Shown here: positions 39,343-49,248 of the stretch, in pieces
How positions within the stretch are numbered: the first letter of the stretch is position 1
Layout of the letters: every line of letters starts with the position of its first letter
Origin: an uncultured Spirochaetales bacterium
GTDB lineage: Bacteria; UBP6; UBA1177
Assembly: GCA_902774115.1 (NCBI GenBank)
Contig: CACYHH010000003.1
Span: 219,033 to 283,032, forward strand
Direction: 5' to 3'
Length of the DNA: 64,000 nt
Translations under genes and position numbers: made by a program
Notes under the pieces: model-generated
What the model was told of the DNA's origin: nothing
Seen by the model: only the letters and a program-made list of their open reading frames with translations
The model's database searches: none

Positions 39343-40734
39343 TTAGAATTCAGCGTTTTTCGGAGTTCTGGGGAAGGGGATGACATCGCGGATGTTTTGC
39401 ATTCCGGTGATGTACATGATCATGCGCTCAAAGCCGAGACCGTATCCTGCGTGCGGGTTCGAGCCGAATCTGCGGAGATCGAGATACCACCAGTAATCCT
39501 CTTTTTTGAGTCCGAGTTCCTGAATTCGTGCAAGAAGTCTGTCATAACGTTCCTCTCTCTGGCTTCCGCCGATGATTTCTCCGACACCCGGAACAAGGAG
39601 ATCCATAGCTGCAACAGTCTTGTTGTCCTCGTTCATCCTCATGTAGAAAGCCTTGATCTCTTTCGGATAGTCGATGACGAAAACCGGTTTTTTGATGAGT
39701 TCTTCGGTGAGGTATCTCTCGTGTTCGGTCTGCAAGTCGCAGCCCCAGTCAACCGGATATTCGAACTGTTTGCCCGACTTTTTGAGAAGCTCTATCGCCT
39801 CGGTGTATGTGATTTTGCCGAAATCGGAATCTTTAATGAAATTCAGTCTTTCTAGCAAAGTTTTGTCAACGAAGCTGTTGAAGAATTCCATCTCTTCCGG
39901 AGCTTTTTCAAGAACGAACCTGATGATGTATTTGACCATGTCCTCGGCAAGTTTCATATCGTCGTGGATGTCCGCGAAAGCGATTTCGGGCTCGATCATC
40001 CAGAATTCGCTTGCGTGACGCTGTGTGTAGGAGTTCTCCGCTCTGAAAGTCGGGCCGAAAGTGTAGACGTTTCTGAACGCAGCGCAGTAGTTTTCAACTG
40101 CAAGCTGACCTGAAACTGTGAGGTTCGTCGCCTTTCCGAAGAAGTCTTCGCCGTAGTTTATGCTGCCGTCGTCTTTTTTCGGCAGGTTGTTGAGGTCAAG
40201 AGTCGTGACCTGGAACATTTCGCCTGCACCTTCGCAGTCGCTGCCCGTGATTATCGGGGTGTGGACGTAAACGAAGCCTCTTTCCTGAAAGAACGAATGG
40301 ATCGCGAAAGCGACAAGGCTGCGGATTCTGAAAACCGCGTTGTAGATGTTCGCTCTCGGTCTGAGATGGGCGATCGTCCTCATATATTCAAGGGTGTGTC
40401 TCTTTTTCTGAAGAGGGAAATCCTCGTCGCTCGTGCCGACAACTTCTACTTTTTCGGCTTTGATTTCGAAAGGCTGCTTGTCGCCCGCACTTTCAACGAC
40501 TTTGCCGAAAACCTTTACCGCGCTGCCCGTTCCGAGTTTTGCGATTTCCTTGTAATTTTCCAGATTTGATTCAAAAACTATCTGAATATTCTTGAAAAAC
40601 GAGCCGTCGTTGAGCTCGATGAATCCGAAAGCGTTGCTTGCGCGGATCGTTCTGACCCAGCCTGAAACCTCGACATCTTTTCCCATAAACTTTTCAGTTT
40701 CCCTGAAAATCGATTTGACAAGAACCTTTTCCAT
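39343..40734 (-). CDS. asnS: Asparagine--tRNA ligase
   Basis: 463 aa class IIb aaRS; OB-fold N-domain; [23 protein letters not shown] motifs. Confidence 0.85.
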   Translation of the reverse strand: MEKVLVKSIFRETEKFMGKDVEVSGWVRTIRASNAFGFIELNDGSFFKNIQIVFESNLENYKEIAKLGTGSAVKVFGKVVESAGDKQPFEIKAEKVEVVGTSDEDFPLQKKRHTLEYMRTIAHLRPRANIYNAVFRIRSLVAFAIHSFFQERGFVYVHTPIITGSDCEGAGEMFQVTTLDLNNLPKKDDGSINYGEDFFGKATNLTVSGQLAVENYCAAFRNVYTFGPTFRAENSYTQRHASEFWMIEPEIAFADIHDDMKLAEDMVKYIIRFVLEKAPEEMEFFNSFVDKTLLERLNFIKDSDFGKITYTEAIELLKKSGKQFEYPVDWGCDLQTEHERYLTEELIKKPVFVIDYPKEIKAFYMRMNEDNKTVAAMDLLVPGVGEIIGGSQREERYDRLLARIQELGLKKEDYWWYLDLRRFGSNPHAGYGLGFERMIMYITGMQNIRDVIPFPRTPKNAEF

Positions 40735-40830
40735 TGTTTTCTCCGTAAAAAACCTTAAAAAACGGGCGGTAATATAGTCACAAAAGGAGTATTTTCAAGT
40801 TAAATTAAATTAGGAAAATTTTAATTGTCT

Positions 40831-42309
40831 TCAAATTATAATCTCCCAAAATCCGCCTTTGTCCGGTCCGACACGGCGGAGATATTTGTCTCGCATTGCT
40901 TCAATATTGCGATACACCGATGTTTCACTAAGTCCTGTTTCTTTCGCTATATCTGACCTAGAAATGTAAGGATCATCTGTGATTAAACGCAGTATCTTAA
41001 TTTTATTTTCACTCAGTTTTGCGCCATTCAACTTGGTTTTTTCTATAATATCATCTATTAATCTCTGACGTTTTTCTGGTAACTTTTCTGCTACTTTTTC
41101 TGCTACTTTTTCTGCTACTTTTTCTGCTACGTTAGGCACTGAAATTCTAAGGATAAAGCCGTCTGTTCGGAAAGAAAGTTCCGGAGCGCCGGTCGCTTCC
41201 AGTTCACGGCACATACGGTCAACTCCTTCGCCGTATTCTTTGACATACTGGTAGTTTTTCAGAAAGGCGGCGATTCGCGGATTTCGTGAAAAATGAGTAT
41301 TTCGGATATTCGAGACTTTTACCATTCCCGGAAGTTTACCAGGACTTTCGAACACGATGCGGTTATCAAACATTTTGATCTGGATTTCAGTGCCTTTGAT
41401 GTTGTAGGCTCTGTGGCAGCAGGCATTTACGGTCATTTCCTGAATAACGAATTTCGGATAGTCACGGAGAGTCACGAATTTGCCGCTCTGGCTTAAAAAT
41501 GTGTGTTCCGCCACCTGTGTTTCAATATATTCTATCGTTTTTTCTATCTGGTTTAGAATTGTTCCCTCGAAAGTGACATCCTTGATGACATTCATTTCAG
41601 TTCCGACCTGCTCATCTGTTCCGTCATAGCGGATGAAACGGGTTCTGGCACGAGGGAAAAAGAGCTGCGGATTTTTGCCGAAGAGCAAGATACAGGCCGT
41701 GCTGACTTCCTCTTCTCTTTTTTTGTTTGTCGTGACAAAGTGATTGTTTTCTCTCAGATATTGTTCTGCTGTTTTGGAATAGCCAAGTAATTTGGCATAG
41801 TTGTCAACAGCGTTCATGTCAATGTCGCTGATTGATGCATTGTAAACAGGCATATCTTCAAAATACCGCTCGCCTTTGTCATACATCAACTGCACACGCT
41901 CGTCGAAAGTCAGTTTCCGGCTTTTGTCACCGACACGCATAAATGCCTCGTCACTCTGATTTGTGTGCAGCATCGGACTTGCCGGAATTTCCATCAGCAG
42001 TATTCGGTTTTTGTTCCCGTTCATGTCCGTACATGGCAGATATGAACAAGTGACCGGAACTGAAGGATTACAGAAATCGAACGGTACTCGCAAGAGTTCG
42101 TTCAGTTTCGCTGCATGGTTGTCAACTCCTTCAATTTTCCGTGTTTTATCTGACACGCCTATTGCGATGACTCCGCCGTCGGCATTGGCGAATGCTACGA
42201 TTGGAACAGCGAGAGCCTTTGGTTCTATCTGAATGCTTTTGCAGTCGAAAGTCTGGTCTTCTTTGCGGTTTTGGATTTCCTTGATGGTTTGTGGTTTCAG
42301 CACACTCAT
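40831..42309 (-). CDS. AlbA_2 (Schlafen-like, 'divergent AAA') + HATPase_c_4 + wHTH ATP-binding regulator (often mis-annotated RecG-like)
   Basis: N-terminal AlbA_2-like region, central ATPase-like segment, C-terminal wHTH (ILRLITDDPYISRSDIAKETGLSETSVYRNIEAMRDKYLRRV); contains the (VAEK)4 repeat. Confidence 0.6.
   Translation of the reverse strand: MSVLKPQTIKEIQNRKEDQTFDCKSIQIEPKALAVPIVAFANADGGVIAIGVSDKTRKIEGVDNHAAKLNELLRVPFDFCNPSVPVTCSYLPCTDMNGNKNRILLMEIPASPMLHTNQSDEAFMRVGDKSRKLTFDERVQLMYDKGERYFEDMPVYNASISDIDMNAVDNYAKLLGYSKTAEQYLRENNHFVTTNKKREEEVSTACILLFGKNPQLFFPRARTRFIRYDGTDEQVGTEMNVIKDVTFEGTILNQIEKTIEYIETQVAEHTFLSQSGKFVTLRDYPKFVIQEMTVNACCHRAYNIKGTEIQIKMFDNRIVFESPGKLPGMVKVSNIRNTHFSRNPRIAAFLKNYQYVKEYGEGVDRMCRELEATGAPELSFRTDGFILRISVPNVAEKVAEKVAEKVAEKLPEKRQRLIDDIIEKTKLNGAKLSENKIKILRLITDDPYISRSDIAKETGLSETSVYRNIEAMRDKYLRRVGPDKGGFWEIII
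41084..41130. repeat. 12-nt microsatellite (tttttctgctac x4) in frame, encoding (AEKV)4
   Basis: Four perfect head-to-tail 12-mers inside the linker before the C-terminal wHTH. Confidence 0.9.
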
Positions 42310-42512
42310 TTCTGTCGCCTCTGAAATAGGTGTTAAACTTCAGCCGAAGGCTTTCTTTGTCTTTGCCTACCAAAACTTGAAATTGTTTTAGTGATAATTT
42401 TTGTTAAGTCAATAAAAATATAGTTTCGAAAAATTTATCTATAAATTTGTGGCTTCGTCGGAGTGCGGGCAGCTCGCCTGCTGTGAGCGTAAAAGCAGAT
42501 AATAGCGGGTGT

Positions 42513-43181
42513 TTATTCCGCGGATTGTTGAACTGCGATTTGATCGGATGAAGCCGCCATTGCTTCGTTTTTCAGAGTGTTGTAAATGTTGACATGGCTT
42601 ACTGCAACATAAGGAGCAACATAAACTAAAGCCAAGCCACAGGTGCATATTACAAGCAGATACCAGCCTATGAAGGACAAGTGAAACTTAAATAGCTCCC
42701 ACCTGTGACCTTTCATCATTTGTTCGCTTCTCTCTAAAATTTCAGATGCGGCAAGACTAGGATTTTCCTCAAAGATGTAATTCGACATCGCATAACTGTA
42801 TGAAAGCATTATGCCGGGAATTATAAAAAGCAGAGAATATAAAAAAATTCTCAGCCCGGTCAGTATATTAAATTTAATAACTTTCCAGTATGATGTAAAA
42901 GGCTTTAACAACATTCCGGAATTTGCATTTCCTCGGAATATGCCGACAGCAATATAAACAAATCCCATCCGAAACACTGGAAGAATAAATATACGGTAAA
43001 GAAGATCCAATATTTTACCCGGTATAGATTTTTCTCCCATAAGATAGTTAATCACAATACCTATCACAAGTGTCAAAGCGACAATTATGATTATAGCCAA
43101 AAAATATACACCGAAAGACTCTAAATTAAGCTGATTCTTTGCTGCGCCTTTAAATTTATTGCGCTCAGTGAAAATGTTCAT
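42513..43181 (-). CDS. DUF975-family integral membrane protein
   Basis: 222 aa, several TM helices, typical DUF975 topology. Confidence 0.55.
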   Translation of the reverse strand: MNIFTERNKFKGAAKNQLNLESFGVYFLAIIIIVALTLVIGIVINYLMGEKSIPGKILDLLYRIFILPVFRMGFVYIAVGIFRGNANSGMLLKPFTSYWKVIKFNILTGLRIFLYSLLFIIPGIMLSYSYAMSNYIFEENPSLAASEILERSEQMMKGHRWELFKFHLSFIGWYLLVICTCGLALVYVAPYVAVSHVNIYNTLKNEAMAASSDQIAVQQSAE

Positions 43182-43189
43182 TTTAAACC

Positions 43190-44638
43190 TCAGAATTTAT
43201 AGATTTTTTCGTATTCTTTCGCCGAATTTTTCCAGCTGAAATCGCATTTCATCGCCGCTTTGCGCATCTTTTCGATGTGTTTCGGGCGGTCGAAATAGGT
43301 GCTGACTGCCCAGCCTACGGTGTCGAAAATGGCGTCAGGAGAGAGATAGTCGAATTTGAAGCCGGTTCCGCTGCCGTCTGCTTCGCAATACTGCTGAACG
43401 GTGTCGGAAAGACCGCCTGTGTTGCGGACTATTGGCAGAGTGCCGTATTTAAGCGAATAAATCTGGTTGAGTCCGCACGGCTCGTAGCGCGAGGGCATTA
43501 TGAAAAAGTCGCTTCCCGCTTCGACGAGGTGAGACATTTCATCGCTGTAACCTATGAAACTGCCGATTTTTCCGTGTTTTTCGCCGGGAATCCATCTGAA
43601 AAAGTTCTCAAGTTCCGCTTCTCCCGAACCCATGATCGCAAACTGGACGACCATCGAATCTACTATTCGTCCGACAGTTTTTGCGAGAATATCGAGCCCT
43701 TTCTGGTAGGCGAAACGGCTGACAACACCGATGACCGGAATATTTTCATCTTCGGTAAGTCCGAAGCGGCGCTGCAACTCGCGTTTGCAGGCAGCTTTTC
43801 CTTTGAAACTGCGGGCCGAGAAGTTTTCGGGAATGTTTTTATCGGTTTTCGGGTCCCAGACGGAATAATCAACGCCGTTCAGTATTCCCAGGTATCTTTC
43901 GTTTTTGCTTCTAAGGTAAGGCGCAAGGCCGTAACTCTGCGAGCCGCCGAGCGTTTCTTCTGCGTATTTCGGGCTCACTGTCGTCACGAAATCGGCAAAA
44001 TGGATGCCTCCTTTGAGGAAGTTGACTCTTCCGTAGTCCTCAAAAATGTCACTTGTGAAGAATTTCCAGTCGAAACCGCAGTAGTCGAGGCAGTCGGCGC
44101 CGTAAATCCCCTGATATCCGATGTTGTGGATAGTGAGTACGGCTTTTGCTTTATCGATTCCGCTTTCGCCCCAGTCCCAGGTCTTCATGTAGGCGCAGAC
44201 CGCTGCAGTCTGCCAGTCGTGTGCGTGGATCACGTCCGGTCTGAAATCAGTGTCGCGCAGAAGCTGCAGTGCGGCGCGGCTGAAAAAGGCGAAACGGTAG
44301 GGATTATCCTGAAAATCGTTGTTGAAACTGTCGCAGTAAAGCCCGTCACGGAAGAAGTATTTGTCCGATTCAATAAGAAAAACGCGGACTTTTCTGCCGG
44401 GCATCGCCGTTTTGACGGAGCACCATTCTTCGATTCCCGAACCCATGTGGACGCACATAGTGTCGAAGAAAGGTGATATTTCGATGTTCTGCGATATATT
44501 TTTTTTGTAGTAGGGGATTATCACGGCTACTTCATGACCAAGCGTTGCAAGTGCCTGCGATAGCGAGCCGACGACATCGGCAAGTCCGCCCGTTTTTACG
44601 AACGGATAACATTCGGAAGCGATAAAAGCGATTTTCAT
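43190..44638 (-). CDS. glgA: Glycogen synthase (ADP-glucose type)
   Basis: Start reassigned to MKIAFIASECYPFVKTGGLADVVG (KTGGL motif); GT5/GT1 C-terminal domain. Confidence 0.88.
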   Translation of the reverse strand: MKIAFIASECYPFVKTGGLADVVGSLSQALATLGHEVAVIIPYYKKNISQNIEISPFFDTMCVHMGSGIEEWCSVKTAMPGRKVRVFLIESDKYFFRDGLYCDSFNNDFQDNPYRFAFFSRAALQLLRDTDFRPDVIHAHDWQTAAVCAYMKTWDWGESGIDKAKAVLTIHNIGYQGIYGADCLDYCGFDWKFFTSDIFEDYGRVNFLKGGIHFADFVTTVSPKYAEETLGGSQSYGLAPYLRSKNERYLGILNGVDYSVWDPKTDKNIPENFSARSFKGKAACKRELQRRFGLTEDENIPVIGVVSRFAYQKGLDILAKTVGRIVDSMVVQFAIMGSGEAELENFFRWIPGEKHGKIGSFIGYSDEMSHLVEAGSDFFIMPSRYEPCGLNQIYSLKYGTLPIVRNTGGLSDTVQQYCEADGSGTGFKFDYLSPDAIFDTVGWAVSTYFDRPKHIEKMRKAAMKCDFSWKNSAKEYEKIYKF

Positions 44639-44660
44639 GGTAACCCCCGATAATAAATTG

Positions 44661-45755
44661 TTATCTTGTCCCCAAACCGTCAAAAGTGTCTTGCGGAAGT
44701 ACTATCCACTCAGAGTTCTCTTCAGTTGTTCCTGCGGAATCAGTCCAGAAGCTCGTTCCTTGAATGACCGAAGTCTTTCTTCTCAGAGTGTGGTCTTTGG
44801 TTGCACTTGCAACACCGGCGACACTCCATGGTGTAGTATCTCCCTGAATGCCTATCTGGTCAACTATGGAAGTTCCGTCAAACAAGGCTATGCCGTCATC
44901 ACCATTGAATTTAAAGACTGAACTTGTCGGTGTCTGGTCACATTTGGCTACAAGTTCGGTATCCGATGCTACATTGCAGAATACTAAAGTCTGACCGGAA
45001 GAAATTGATGCAGCCGGAAAATTGAAGATGAAGTTTGTCGGGTCGCTGCCCCAATCTTTGCCGTTGTTTGCCTGCTGAATGGTAAAATTGCTTAAATTTA
45101 CTGCTGTTTTTGAACCATTGTAGATTTCTATTGCCTTGTTTTCGCTGCTTCCTTCGACATATTCCGTGATGAAAATGGCGTTTGCGATACATTCTGACGT
45201 TGTGATGGAGCAGTACGGAGTAGCACCTGAGCAGTCGGAGTTGGATGAGCATTGACCTGCCGGAGGTTCAGTAGTGTCATTATCAGTATCGGTGTCAGTA
45301 TCAGAATCGGTATCATTATCGTTGACCGAGTCATTGTCAGAATCATTGTCTGTCACTTTATCATCCTGATCATCAGTGTCGGCAGGATCTTCGGAAGTTG
45401 TATCTCCGTCAGGAGTTTCATTTTCAGTATCGGAAGAGTCGTTTGTGTCCGGTTCGTCGGTGTCTTGGTCTGAAGTGTCTGAATCAGAATAATCTTCAAT
45501 ATTACCACCGAAGCAGCCGAAAGCACCGGCAGAATTCTGACCGCACTGTTTTCCGATGGAAATATTGCATTGTTTTTCTATTGTCCATTTATAATCCTGA
45601 CACAAAAAGAGATAAGCTCCGTCGTCGGAACAGATTTCAGATCCTTCAGAAGAGCAGGAACTTCCTGCAGCAATTTCTTCATCCTCATCTAAACCGCATG
45701 CGGAAATAAAAAGCGTAAGAACTGCAGTCAACAGCAATAAGATGTTTTTTCTCAT
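44661..45755 (-). CDS. Lipoprotein with poly-acidic linker and lamin-tail domain (LTD)
   Basis: Lipobox FISACG; D/S/T/N-rich ~90-aa linker; LTD-like IFITEYVEGSSENKAIEIYNGS...NLSNFTI. Confidence 0.65.
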   Translation of the reverse strand: MRKNILLLLTAVLTLFISACGLDEDEEIAAGSSCSSEGSEICSDDGAYLFLCQDYKWTIEKQCNISIGKQCGQNSAGAFGCFGGNIEDYSDSDTSDQDTDEPDTNDSSDTENETPDGDTTSEDPADTDDQDDKVTDNDSDNDSVNDNDTDSDTDTDTDNDTTEPPAGQCSSNSDCSGATPYCSITTSECIANAIFITEYVEGSSENKAIEIYNGSKTAVNLSNFTIQQANNGKDWGSDPTNFIFNFPAASISSGQTLVFCNVASDTELVAKCDQTPTSSVFKFNGDDGIALFDGTSIVDQIGIQGDTTPWSVAGVASATKDHTLRRKTSVIQGTSFWTDSAGTTEENSEWIVLPQDTFDGLGTR

Positions 45756-45883
45756 CAAAATCTCCGAAAAGGTAACCATAAAACATAAAATTATAGGCGA
45801 AATCTGGAAAAAGGCAATATATAATAAAAGTTGCCAACGACCGCTTCACGGCTAAAATAAGGTGCTTTTGACTGAGGATTTTT

Positions 45884-46699
45884 ATGAGTAATCCCGTTGT
45901 TTCGGTAGTAATTCCGACTTTCAACCGCGCAAAAGTCGTTGGTCGCGCCGTAAATTCGGTTTTAAATCAGAGTTTCAGGGATTTTGAATGTATCGTAGTC
46001 GATGACGGCTCGACTGACGAAACAGAATCAGTTTTGTGGGAATTTACCAATAAAATCAAAGTTATAAAAACTGAAAACAGAGGCGTGAGCGCAGCCAGAA
46101 ATCTTGGAGCGAAACTTGCAGAGGGGAAGTATATTGCCTTTCTTGACAGCGACGATGAATGGAAAAAAGAAAAACTTGCAAAGCAGATCTCCTACATGCA
46201 AGAGGCAGGGTTCCGCATTTCGCAGACTGACGAAACCTGGGTGAGAAACGGAAAATTCGTGAACAAACCGAAGAAATACATTCGTCCCTGCGGCGATATT
46301 TTTTATAACTGCCTTGAAATCTGCGCCGTCACTCCGAGCAGTGTTCTCATGGAAAAGGAACTTTTTTTCGAGTACGGCGGTTTTGACGAGTCGTTTCCTG
46401 TATGCGAAGACTACGACCTCTGGCTCAGAATCTCTCTTAAGGAAAAATTCGGTCTTGTTGATGAGCCGCTCATAATAAAATACGGCGGAGAAAACGACCA
46501 GCTTTCAAATTCAGTATGCCTTGATAAGTATAGGATTATAAGTCTTTTCAATATGTTAAGCAAAAGTCGTGAACTCTCTGCCGCGCAGGAAAAAGCACTT
46601 CGCGAAGTTCTCGCAAAGAAAGTTAAAATCTATTCCGAAGGGGCAAAAAAGCGCGGAAAATCAGACGAAGCCGAGTGGGCTGAAAGACTTTTGAGTTAG
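45884..46699 (+). CDS. Family 2 glycosyltransferase
   Basis: VSVVIPTFNRAKVV..., DDGSTDET, DSDDEW (DxD) motifs; 271 aa. Confidence 0.8.
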   Translation: MSNPVVSVVIPTFNRAKVVGRAVNSVLNQSFRDFECIVVDDGSTDETESVLWEFTNKIKVIKTENRGVSAARNLGAKLAEGKYIAFLDSDDEWKKEKLAKQISYMQEAGFRISQTDETWVRNGKFVNKPKKYIRPCGDIFYNCLEICAVTPSSVLMEKELFFEYGGFDESFPVCEDYDLWLRISLKEKFGLVDEPLIIKYGGENDQLSNSVCLDKYRIISLFNMLSKSRELSAAQEKALREVLAKKVKIYSEGAKKRGKSDEAEWAERLLS

Positions 46700-49206
46700 T
46701 CGATCTCGAATTTTACAGGTTTGATGTCCCAGATATCTTCGGCATATTCGCGGATAGTTCTATCTGACGAGAATTTGCCGCTTCTCGCGGTGTTTAGGAT
46801 CGACATTTTTGTCCACGCTGTTTTATCAAGATAAACTTTTTCGACTTTGTCCTGCATATCGACATACGAACGGTAGTCGGCAAGGAGCATGTAGTTGTCG
46901 CCGTAGTTGACGAGATCGTCATAAAGCCTTGAAAATATTCCGGGTTCCGAGTTGAAGTGGTCGTTTTTGATCATGTCGAGAACCTGTCTGAGTTCGCTGT
47001 CTGACTCATAGTAGTTGCGCGGATTGTAGCCCAAAGCCTTCATTTCGCTCACTTCGTTTGCCTTGAGACCGAAGATGAAAATGTTGTTTGCGCCGACTTC
47101 TTCAAGCATTTCGACGTTTGCGCCGTCGAGAGTTCCGATCGTCATCGCGCCGTTGAGCATGAATTTCATGTTGCCGGTGCCGCTCGCCTCGAATCCGGCA
47201 GTCGAAATCTGTTCCGAAAGGTCGCTTGCCGGAATGACTTTTTCGGCCATCGAAACAGAGTAGTTGGGGAAGAAGAAAACATTGAGATACTTGTTGACCT
47301 GCGGATCGTTATTGACCACGGAAGCTACTGAATTTATTAACTTTATAATCATTTTTGAAATGTAGTAGCCTGGAGCCGCCTTGCCGCCGAAAATCTTTGT
47401 TCTCGGGACGAAGTTTCCGTTCGGATTGCTCTTTATCCTGTTGTAAAGCCTGATCGTGTGGAGGACATTTAGAAGCTGTCTCTTGTATTCGTGCATTCTT
47501 TTGACCTGAACGTCGAACATCATGTTCGTGTTGAGATCGAAGCCGAGTTTGTCGTGAGCGTAGATTTTAAGCCGTTCTTTAGCCTGTGCCTTGGCACCAT
47601 ACCATGCTGCCTGAAACTCTTTATCGTCCGCGAATTCCTCAAGTTTTTTAAGTTCGTCAAGGTTGGCGACCCAGCCGTTTCCGATTTTTGAAGTGATAAG
47701 GTCGGCAAGGGTAATGTTTGATTTTTCAAGCCATCTTCTCGGAGTTATACCGTTGGTTTTATTGACGATTTTGCCGGGATAAAGCTCATCGAAATCTTTG
47801 AACATGCTTTCTTTCAGAATTTTCGTGTGAAGCGCGCTGACGCCGTTCACCTTGTGGCTTCCGATAATAGCCAAGTTTGCCATCCGGACGAATTTGCAGC
47901 CGGATTCCTCGAAAATCGAGACATCTTTGATCCGTTTTACATCGAAATTGCGGAAATCGCGTGCTTCGTTGATGAATCTGCGGTTGATCTCGTAGATTAT
48001 CTGAAGCTGTCTCGGGAGAAGCGGTCCCATGATTTCGACATCCCATTTTTCGACTGCTTCAGGAAGAACCGTATGGTTGGTATAGGCGAAAGTGTTGCGC
48101 GTTATTTCCCAAGCCTCGTTCCAGCCGAGTTTTTCCTCGTCGATGAGGATCCTCATAAGCTCCGGTATCGCGATGCTCGGATGGGTGTCGTTGAGCTGGA
48201 TCGCGACTTTTGAAGGGAAATCGTCGAATTTTTCAGTCCCGTAGTTCTTTTTGTAGTGGCGGATGATGTCCTGAAGCGTTGCCGAAACGAAGAAATACTG
48301 CTGTTTGAGACGAAGAACCTTGCCCTGCTGCATGTTGTCGTTGGGGTAGAGGACTTTCGAGATGTTTTCGCTTCTGTTTTTGTCGTTTACAGCCGCCATG
48401 TAGTCGCCGCTGTTGAAGTAGTGGAAGTCGAATTCGTTCGTGCTTTTTGCCTGCCACAGACGGAGGTTGTTGACGGTCGGAGTCTTGTAGCCCGGAACCG
48501 GAACGTCGTAAGCCTGAGCCAGAACATCTTCGGTATCGACGAGCTTGTATCTCTCTTCGCCGTTGTCGTCGCGGTAGGAAACGACTTTGCCGCCGAAACG
48601 GACTCTGTATTCAAGGTCGGGACGGCAGATCTCCCACGGGCAGCTGTATTTGAGCCAGTTGTCGGGAACTTCGACCTGATAGCCGTTTTCTATGCCCTGA
48701 CGGAAAATTCCGTATTCGTATCTGATACCATAGCCGTATGCCGGGAGTCCCAGAGTTGCCATCGAATCGAGGAAACACGCCGCAAGTCTGCCGAGACCGC
48801 CGTTTCCGAGTCCCATGTCGGGTTCCATGTCGCGGAGTTCCTCCATGTCGTAGCCAAGTTTTTCGGCGAGACGCGCGACTTCGTCGTGGCAGTCAAGATT
48901 GATGAGAGTGTTTCCCATGAGGCGGCCCATGAGAAATTCCATCGAAAGGTAGTAAACTCTTTTTGCCTTGTTGCGGCGGTATTCGTGCTGTGTTCTCAGC
49001 CAGTTGCGGATGAGTTTGTGCCTGATCGTCGTGGCGAGTGCAATATAAACGTCTCTTGCTTTGACCGTAGTTTTGTCCTTGACCTGATTGTATTCAAGCG
49101 TTTCGAGCAGATCTCGCTCGAAAAGTGACGAATTTTCATCCAATGTATCGGTAAAAAATATCGAATCCTTGAGTTCGTCTCTTGTTTTTGTCATAAAATC
49201 CTCCAA
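46696..49206 (-). CDS. glgP: Glycogen/alpha-glucan phosphorylase
   Basis: 836 aa; PLP-Lys region EASGTGNMKFMLNGA; GT35 family. Confidence 0.9.
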   Translation of the reverse strand: MEDFMTKTRDELKDSIFFTDTLDENSSLFERDLLETLEYNQVKDKTTVKARDVYIALATTIRHKLIRNWLRTQHEYRRNKAKRVYYLSMEFLMGRLMGNTLINLDCHDEVARLAEKLGYDMEELRDMEPDMGLGNGGLGRLAACFLDSMATLGLPAYGYGIRYEYGIFRQGIENGYQVEVPDNWLKYSCPWEICRPDLEYRVRFGGKVVSYRDDNGEERYKLVDTEDVLAQAYDVPVPGYKTPTVNNLRLWQAKSTNEFDFHYFNSGDYMAAVNDKNRSENISKVLYPNDNMQQGKVLRLKQQYFFVSATLQDIIRHYKKNYGTEKFDDFPSKVAIQLNDTHPSIAIPELMRILIDEEKLGWNEAWEITRNTFAYTNHTVLPEAVEKWDVEIMGPLLPRQLQIIYEINRRFINEARDFRNFDVKRIKDVSIFEESGCKFVRMANLAIIGSHKVNGVSALHTKILKESMFKDFDELYPGKIVNKTNGITPRRWLEKSNITLADLITSKIGNGWVANLDELKKLEEFADDKEFQAAWYGAKAQAKERLKIYAHDKLGFDLNTNMMFDVQVKRMHEYKRQLLNVLHTIRLYNRIKSNPNGNFVPRTKIFGGKAAPGYYISKMIIKLINSVASVVNNDPQVNKYLNVFFFPNYSVSMAEKVIPASDLSEQISTAGFEASGTGNMKFMLNGAMTIGTLDGANVEMLEEVGANNIFIFGLKANEVSEMKALGYNPRNYYESDSELRQVLDMIKNDHFNSEPGIFSRLYDDLVNYGDNYMLLADYRSYVDMQDKVEKVYLDKTAWTKMSILNTARSGKFSSDRTIREYAEDIWDIKPVKFEID

Positions 49207-49248
49207 AAAATCAAAAAAGCAGAAAAAACAAGCCGCCTTTATATTGTT

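Noticed and set aside
42310-42512. Possible ncRNA or riboswitch in the 203-nt AT-rich spacer upstream of the AlbA_2 gene (GC-rich patch ggcttcgtcggagtgcgggcagctcgcctgctgtgagcg)
   Set aside because: I could find only 4-bp complementary stretches and no recognisable riboswitch or tRNA-like fold. It is left as an untranslated leader/promoter region.
43277-44476. 399-aa ORF on + strand antisense to glgA
   Set aside because: It has no domain signal or RBS. glgA on the minus strand has clear KTGGL motifs, so this is an antisense open frame in GC-richer coding DNA.
48256-49128. 290-aa ORF antisense to glgP
   Set aside because: It overlaps the strongly supported glycogen phosphorylase, and the product has Val/Ala-rich composition typical of antisense frames.
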